Assembly: GCA_964461455.1 (NCBI GenBank)
Contig: CAYWUJ010000008.1
Coordinates: 1,638-65,637, forward strand
DNA length: 64,000 nt
Reading direction: 5' to 3'
Source: an uncultured Prolixibacteraceae bacterium
Lineage (GTDB): Bacteria; Bacteroidota; Bacteroidia; Bacteroidales; Prolixibacteraceae
Positions 58,191 through 64,000 of this stretch are shown piece by piece (positions within the stretch are counted from its first letter, which is position 1; each line of letters starts with the position of its first letter). Below the pieces are notes generated by a model. That model did not search any database. It saw only the letters and a program-made list of their open reading frames with translations, and was not told the origin of the DNA. Position numbers and translations under genes: made by a program.

Positions 58191-60044
58191 ATGAAGAGAA
58201 TTCTACATCTTTTACAAATTTCCCTGGTGGCTGTGTGCCTGGTTTTCACCGTTCAGCGTGGAAATGCACAGCCCCTGATGGTGGAAAATTTTGATTATGC
58301 AGCCGGTGCCCTGCTGACGGCATCGGGGTGGACCGCCCACAGCGGTGCCGGAACCCAGGCTATCGATGTGGCTGTTCCGGGACTGACCTTTGCCGGATAT
58401 CCCCTTTCCAATATCGGGGGGGCTGCACAAATGGATAACAACGGGGAGGATGTACACCGGAGATTCACGGTTCAAACTGCCGGAAAGGTCTATGCCGCCT
58501 TTATGATTCAGGTGAACGGCTCTGTTGACGGGTATTTCCTCCATTTTGGCGGAGATCCTGTGGGCTCTGCTTTTAGACCCAAAATATTCCTGGTGGGAAC
58601 TGCCGATCCCTTTAATTTCGGACTCTCAGTCGGGTCAAATACTGCGACTCCGGTAACCGGGGGAGCTTTCGCTTTCGGGAAGACTTACCTTATGGTCATG
58701 AAATACGAAATTGTCGATGGGGAAAAGAACGATGTGGTCAGTTTGTATATCATGGATGCTGCCATACCTGCTACCGAACCGGCCACCCCCACGATCGGAC
58801 CGCTTACCGATTCGGGTCAGTCTGACATCAATCCCGGGAGCCTTGCCTTACGTCAGTTTAATGCTGGCCAGAATGTTCTTGTCGATGGCATCAGGGTGGC
58901 TACTTCCTGGGAAGATGCCGTTACTGCTGCCCTGGGCGGCGACACCTTTGCCCCTGTCTTTGCCGTTGGTTTCCCGGCCCTCAGTGCGATCAATGCCACA
59001 GGGGCTACCCTGGAGGTTAGTCTTGATGAACCCGGAAAGGCCTTCTACATGGTGGTTGCCAACGATGCAGCCGCCCCCACCGCCGACCAGGTCATCGCCG
59101 GTGCGGCATATGGCGCTGTGACTCCCGTTGCTGCGGGCTCCATGAATGTGGCTGCTGCCGGAACCCCCTCTACCGTGGCACTGACAGGCCTGACCACCAA
59201 AACCGATTACGACATTTATGTGGTCGCCCAGGATGATGAGGCTACCCCCAATAAACAGGCCGAGCCTGTCAAACTGGAGCTTTACACCGAAACACAGCCC
59301 GACATCCTCTATTCTGCAGATTTTGAAACCTCGCTGGAACCCTTCACCCAGGTGAGCATCACCGGTGAACAGGAATGGAAAAAGGCTACCTACAACAACA
59401 ACAGCTATGCTTACATGAATGGTTATGTCAGCGGCAACAAGGAAAACGAAGACTGGCTCATCACCCCGGCTCTTAACCTCGACACCGCCGAAAACATCAT
59501 GGTCAGTTTCAGAACGGCTAAGAATTACACGGGTCCTGACATGAAGGTGATGATTTCCTCCAACTTTGCGGGAACCTATACCGCGGCAGGTATTGCTGCA
59601 GCCACCTGGACCGATATCACCTCACAGTTTGAGTTGTCAACGGGAGGGTACAACTGGAATGCATCGGGAGAGTATGCCCTCTCCTCCTATTCCGGCAAGG
59701 TGTATATCGCTTTTGTGTATACTTCGACCACCGAAGGGGCTGCCGGGTGGGAGGTCGATGACTTCCTGGTGACCGGATATGTGAAGAGTACGGGCGTGGA
59801 ACAGCCTGCCACCTCAGAATTTCGTCTTTATCCTGTTCCGGCGCGCTCCGAGCTTTTCATCGACCATGCCGCCAGGGTGGAACGTGCCGATCTCTATGAC
59901 CTCTCGGGCCGCCTTCACCTCTCAGTGGCCAACACCGGAACCACGAGGATGCGTCTGAACGTGGGGCACCTCACCCCGGGCATCTACCTGGTCAGGTTCT
60001 CCACACCGGAAGGACCCGTGGTCAGCAAATTCGTCAAGGAGTAA
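58191..60044 (+). CDS. T9SS type A cargo protein with lectin/Ig-like and cleaved-adhesin (DUF5017-like) domains
   Basis: Signal peptide; NEDWLITP, YIAFVY and W.VDDF adhesin-like motifs; CTD LYPVPA...YDLSGR...GIYLV...KFVKE. Confidence 0.82.
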   Translation: MKRILHLLQISLVAVCLVFTVQRGNAQPLMVENFDYAAGALLTASGWTAHSGAGTQAIDVAVPGLTFAGYPLSNIGGAAQMDNNGEDVHRRFTVQTAGKVYAAFMIQVNGSVDGYFLHFGGDPVGSAFRPKIFLVGTADPFNFGLSVGSNTATPVTGGAFAFGKTYLMVMKYEIVDGEKNDVVSLYIMDAAIPATEPATPTIGPLTDSGQSDINPGSLALRQFNAGQNVLVDGIRVATSWEDAVTAALGGDTFAPVFAVGFPALSAINATGATLEVSLDEPGKAFYMVVANDAAAPTADQVIAGAAYGAVTPVAAGSMNVAAAGTPSTVALTGLTTKTDYDIYVVAQDDEATPNKQAEPVKLELYTETQPDILYSADFETSLEPFTQVSITGEQEWKKATYNNNSYAYMNGYVSGNKENEDWLITPALNLDTAENIMVSFRTAKNYTGPDMKVMISSNFAGTYTAAGIAAATWTDITSQFELSTGGYNWNASGEYALSSYSGKVYIAFVYTSTTEGAAGWEVDDFLVTGYVKSTGVEQPATSEFRLYPVPARSELFIDHAARVERADLYDLSGRLHLSVANTGTTRMRLNVGHLTPGIYLVRFSTPEGPVVSKFVKE

Positions 60045-60098
60045 ACAGAAACAGCACCTGCCGCCATTCATAAGTGGCCGGTGGTAAATACTTATTTC

Positions 60099-60139
60099 AG
60101 CACAAAGGGGATGTTCCTGTCCCCTTTGTGCTTATTTTT
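60099..60139 (+). terminator. Intrinsic terminator after the T9SS gene
   Basis: Perfect 13-bp stem AGCACAAAGGGGA/TCCCCTTTGTGCT followed by TATTTTT. Confidence 0.75.
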
Positions 60140-60164
60140 GTCCCTTCATTCATAGGCCCATACC

Positions 60165-61103
60165 TTGAACAAACGATTTCCCAGCGACCTTTCCCTCCGG
60201 AATGGAATTTTCCCGGAGCATTTTCTCCTTCTCCTGGTGATGGGGATGGTGTTTGCCGTTTCTTCCTGCCGGAAGGATCCCCTGCCCCCATCTCCTGAAG
60301 ACCCCGAAATTTTCGGGGCCTGCGTGACTCCCGGCAGTCCGGCTGGCCTTGATATCGTCACCTTTAACGCTGAGGGGTTTCCCAAAAATGGCTCGGTGAG
60401 CGTGATGGCTCTGGCCTCCTTCATCAAAGCCATGGACGCCGACGTGGTGGCTCTTCAGGAGGTGGCCTCAAAAGCCGATTTTGACAGGATGATCGCCCAG
60501 ATGCCTGGGTGGAGCGGGGAATTCTATGAAATCGACAACGACCAGTGGAACCTGGCCTATGTTTTTAAAAATTCGGAAATCACCATCTCCCCCAATTCGT
60601 CGAAGCTTCTCTTCACCGGTGAATTCAGGGCCTTTCCGCGTCCTCCCTTTGAGATTTTTGTCAGGCACAAACCCACGAACCTCGAAATTTGCCTGATCAA
60701 CCTCCACCTGAAATGCTGCGGTGGCGACGACAACGAAAAACGGCGGCAGGAAGCTTCCGTAATGCTGAAGGAGTATCTCGACCAATCGCGATTCGACGAA
60801 AATGTGGTGGTCCTGGGCGATTTCAACGATGAAATTGCCTCTGACAGCCCCAGCCAGAACCCCTTCCTTAATTTCATCACCGATGTGGCAGGATACCACT
60901 TCGCCGACATGGAGATTGCCAGGGGAAGTGCCCTGTGGTGGTCCTATCCTTCCTATCCCAGCCATATCGACCACATTCTGGTGTCTGATGAGCTGGTTCC
61001 CGTGATCGACACGACCTATGTGGTCAAGGTCAGTCCCTGTTATCCTGATTACAATAATAACCTTTCCGACCACCGGCCGGTATTTCTGCGGATCAAAAAA
61101 TGA
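60165..61103 (+). CDS. Endonuclease/exonuclease/phosphatase (EEP) family lipoprotein
   Basis: TFN, ALQEV, HLK, GDFND, IDHILVS and SDHRPV motifs; lipobox VSSC. Start uncertain. Confidence 0.88.
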   Translation: MNKRFPSDLSLRNGIFPEHFLLLLVMGMVFAVSSCRKDPLPPSPEDPEIFGACVTPGSPAGLDIVTFNAEGFPKNGSVSVMALASFIKAMDADVVALQEVASKADFDRMIAQMPGWSGEFYEIDNDQWNLAYVFKNSEITISPNSSKLLFTGEFRAFPRPPFEIFVRHKPTNLEICLINLHLKCCGGDDNEKRRQEASVMLKEYLDQSRFDENVVVLGDFNDEIASDSPSQNPFLNFITDVAGYHFADMEIARGSALWWSYPSYPSHIDHILVSDELVPVIDTTYVVKVSPCYPDYNNNLSDHRPVFLRIKK

Positions 61104-61139
61104 AAGTCCGCTGCGCAGGCGGAAACAGTCCGGGGAGTG

Positions 61140-62174
61140 CTATTTTTTCACGATCACGATATAGACCGGGAAGTGGTCGCTGTAGCCTCCCTGCCAAACG
61201 GTTCCCGCGAATGATCTCAGGGGGTAGCCTTTATACTGTCCGTCCTTCTGCATCAGGAAAGAGCTGTTGAATACCCGGGCCTTCAGAAATTTCCAGGATG
61301 AGGGGTCTTTACCTGTCAGGGCCGGGGAAATAACGATCTGGTCGAAAAGGTTAAGACCGTCGCGGTAGTTGAGTGAACCGATTCCTTTTTTGTAGAGAGG
61401 GTACATGGTGTTATAGAGCTCACCCTCTCTCATTTTTTTAACCGATGGGGCGGCTTTGAGGATTTTGCGGAGGCTTTCATCGGAGGGGTCGTCATTGAGG
61501 TCGCCCATGATCACGATTTTAGCCCCGCCGTTGGCGGTCAGGAGGCTGTCGGTGATATGGCGCGCCAGGGCAGCCGCGGCATTGCGCCGTGGCCGGGTGG
61601 TGAGTTCCCCGCCACTGCGCGAGGGCCAGTGACCCACAATGAAATGCATGGGTTCCCCGTCGTACTCCCCGGAAACCAGAAGCTGGTCACGGGTGTAGAT
61701 CCTCTCGCCTTCGTCATTGTAAAGGGGCAGATCATAACTGGCGGCGGCTGTGACCCTGAAAAACCGGGGCCGGTACAGCAGACCCACATCGACACCCCTC
61801 AAATCGGGGGAATCGAAATGAATGATCTGGTAATTGGAGGCTTTCAGGAGGGGATGGGCTACCAAATCCTCCAGCACCGACCGGTTCTCAATCTCCGATA
61901 CTCCCAGTACCGCCGGTCCGCCGCTCCAGCCTTCATCCTCGCCGATCCGCGAAATGGCATAGGCCATATGGTCCAGCTTTTCCAAATACCGGCTGCCGGT
62001 CCACTTGTTGGGACCTTCCGGGGTGAACTCCTCATCCCTGACATCGGGTGTGTTGATGGTGTCGAAAAGATTCTCCAGGTTGTAAAAGGCGATCAACCCG
62101 GCCTTTACCGGCGCCTGACCGGCGGCTCCCCACGCCATCCACAAAAACAATATCAGAAAGGCTATCCTGCGCAT
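61140..62174 (-). CDS. Secreted EEP family nuclease
   Basis: FYNLENLFD, SEIEN, HWPSR, GDLNDDP, FDQI and SDHFPV motifs. Start moved to ATG 62174. Confidence 0.9.
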   Translation of the reverse strand: MRRIAFLILFLWMAWGAAGQAPVKAGLIAFYNLENLFDTINTPDVRDEEFTPEGPNKWTGSRYLEKLDHMAYAISRIGEDEGWSGGPAVLGVSEIENRSVLEDLVAHPLLKASNYQIIHFDSPDLRGVDVGLLYRPRFFRVTAAASYDLPLYNDEGERIYTRDQLLVSGEYDGEPMHFIVGHWPSRSGGELTTRPRRNAAAALARHITDSLLTANGGAKIVIMGDLNDDPSDESLRKILKAAPSVKKMREGELYNTMYPLYKKGIGSLNYRDGLNLFDQIVISPALTGKDPSSWKFLKARVFNSSFLMQKDGQYKGYPLRSFAGTVWQGGYSDHFPVYIVIVKK

Positions 62175-62271
62175 ATCCGTTTTTTTTAGGATTGTAAAAT
62201 TAGTACTTTTCAAATCATTTCTCAATTGAGTCAAAAACCCTATCTTTCGAAACTATCTTGAACTGTGAGAA

Positions 62272-64000
62272 ATGAAATATCAAAAAGTAGTTAACGTCCT
62301 GTTATTGTTGCTTATAAGCACAGGATTCATTTATGCGCAACAGGGAAATGTGAGGGGGACAATTGTGGACAGGAACAATGGTTCACCATTGGAGAGCGCT
62401 GTGATCTCCTCATCTTCGGGGAGAGAACTGGCCCGTTCAGATGCCGGCGGCACGTTTAACGTGGTCCTGGACCCGGGACGGCAGATGCTGTTCATTAACT
62501 TTCCCGAGTTCGAACAGTCGATCATCAGCGTGCTGGTCATGGCCGGGGAGACCACCGATGCCGGAAGGATTGAGATGAGCATGGCTACCGACTTCATGGC
62601 CGACCAGGGAACCGTCAACATCTCCGAAGGGATTTCCGACGATGGTTTTGAAAACCAGTCGATACAGGGGGTACTCAGCTCTTCGGCCGACATCTTTCTG
62701 AGCACGGCCGCTTATACCTTCGGGTCGCTCATGTACCGGGTCAGAGGGTATGACAACAGCACCCAGAATGTGAGTCTCAACGGGTTTGTGGTCAATGATG
62801 TGGAATCGGGGTCGCCCTATTTCTCCAACTGGGGAGGCCTCAACGATGTGATGCGCAGTTCCATGGTGACTTCCGGTCCCGAACCCATCGGTTTTCTTTT
62901 TGAACCCGTAGGCGGGGCCACCCGCATCAACACCCGGGCTTCCAATTACCGGTCGGGCCTCAGAGCTGTTTATTCCCTTTCGAACCGGACCTATCGCAAC
63001 AGGGCCATGGTCACCTATTCGACCGGATTGATGAATAACAACTGGGCGATTACGGGAAGCTTCTCGCGTCGCTGGAGCGAAAGAGGATACAAAGAGGGGA
63101 CCTTTTACGATGCCAACTCTTTTTTCCTTTCTGTGGAGAAGAAATTCAACAGCCGCCACAGCCTCAACCTTACAGCCCTCGATGCCATCTATAACCGGGG
63201 AGTTGCCGGAGGGTCGACCCAGGAGGTGTATGACCTGGCCAAAGACAATTTTTACAATCCATACTGGGGCTACCAGAACGGTGAAGTGCGCAATTCACGC
63301 GTGAGGAGCAACAATAAACCGCTCATCACCCTGGCCCATTTCTGGAAACCCTCCGAAAAAGTGGATATCCAAACCACTACGGGTTACTGGTTCGGGAAAG
63401 GTGGCTATACCGCCCTGAACTGGTACGACGTGCTGGATCCCCGTCCCGATTATTACCGGAAACTCCCCACCTATTTCTCCAATGAAACCGACAAAAACCA
63501 GATCATCAGCGCCTGGAACAACGACCCGTCGGTCAGCCACGTCAACTGGGACCATTTTTATTTTACCAACCGGAAAAATATCTATACGGTTCAGAACGAA
63601 GGGGGAATCGCCGGAAATTCCCTCTCCGGGAACCGCTCCAAGGTTATCGTTGAAGACCGCCGGAATGACGTTTCGCAGTTTCAGTTCAACAGCAGGATCT
63701 CCTGGGATGCCTCTGAACAGTTCAACATCACCGGGGGAGTGCTGGCCGATATTTACAGAGGCCACAATTTTACGGTGATCGATGATCTTCTGGGCGGTGA
63801 CTTCTGGCTCGATGTCGACCAGTTTGCCGAAAGGGATTTCCCCAACAACCCCGACAGTTACCAGAGTGACCTTAACAACCCCGACAATGCCGTGGCCGAA
63901 GGCGATATCTTCGCCAATAACCACTATGCCTATCAGCGCGGAGGCACCCTCTGGGGCACCGCACGTTACGACAACAAACGTTATTCGGTTTACCTGGGCG
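62272..64000 (+). CDS. TonB-dependent receptor (partial; runs off the window end)
   Basis: Not in the ORF track. My translation gives MKYQKVVNVLLLLLISTGFIYAQQGNVRGTIVD (signal peptide plus carboxypeptidase-regulatory-like domain), plug region YRVRGYD...NG...FSNWGGLND and YNPYWGYQNG..RN. Confidence 0.85.
   Translation, partial: MKYQKVVNVLLLLLISTGFIYAQQGNVRGTIVDRNNGSPLESAVISSSSGRELARSDAGGTFNVVLDPGRQMLFINFPEFEQSIISVLVMAGETTDAGRIEMSMATDFMADQGTVNISEGISDDGFENQSIQGVLSSSADIFLSTAAYTFGSLMYRVRGYDNSTQNVSLNGFVVNDVESGSPYFSNWGGLNDVMRSSMVTSGPEPIGFLFEPVGGATRINTRASNYRSGLRAVYSLSNRTYRNRAMVTYSTGLMNNNWAITGSFSRRWSERGYKEGTFYDANSFFLSVEKKFNSRHSLNLTALDAIYNRGVAGGSTQEVYDLAKDNFYNPYWGYQNGEVRNSRVRSNNKPLITLAHFWKPSEKVDIQTTTGYWFGKGGYTALNWYDVLDPRPDYYRKLPTYFSNETDKNQIISAWNNDPSVSHVNWDHFYFTNRKNIYTVQNEGGIAGNSLSGNRSKVIVEDRRNDVSQFQFNSRISWDASEQFNITGGVLADIYRGHNFTVIDDLLGGDFWLDVDQFAERDFPNNPDSYQSDLNNPDNAVAEGDIFANNHYAYQRGGTLWGTARYDNKRYSVYLG

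Noticed and set aside
57900-64000. Genomic island integrated at tRNA-fMet
   Set aside because: No integrase, no visible duplicate of the tRNA 3' end, and downstream genes look compositionally native.

Overview
Gene-dense chromosomal window from a fairly GC-rich Bacteroidota bacterium, most like Bacteroidales/Marinilabiliales. The assignment rests on TAnnTTTG -7 promoters, a T9SS cargo protein, alpha2-type GlyRS, long-form IspG and GldA. Most of the window is core genome: a surface-glycan cluster (YfhO-like protein, flippase, two GT4 enzymes, WecB/WbpI, WbpE-like and WbpD-like genes), glyQS, pheS, rnr, ilvE, asnS, rpoN, a PhoR/PhoB-like pair with a PiT transporter, radA, glmS, dusB, ispG and tRNA-fMet. 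It ends in a probable extracellular-DNA utilisation locus (T9SS protein, two EEP nucleases, TonB-dependent receptor cut by the window end). Two features stand out. (1) A compact four-gene operon encodes a lysine 2,3-aminomutase-like radical SAM enzyme, two non-canonical Ddl-like ATP-grasp ligases and a GNAT, suggesting an uncharacterised beta-lysine peptide or modification pathway. (2) A ~112-bp structured non-coding element occurs three times, always in sense orientation in the 5' leader of unrelated genes, with terminal inverted repeats, conserved hairpins and an intact 14-codon uORF. No transposase, integrase, prophage or CRISPR array was seen. All calls come from reading motifs by eye; no database searches were run.
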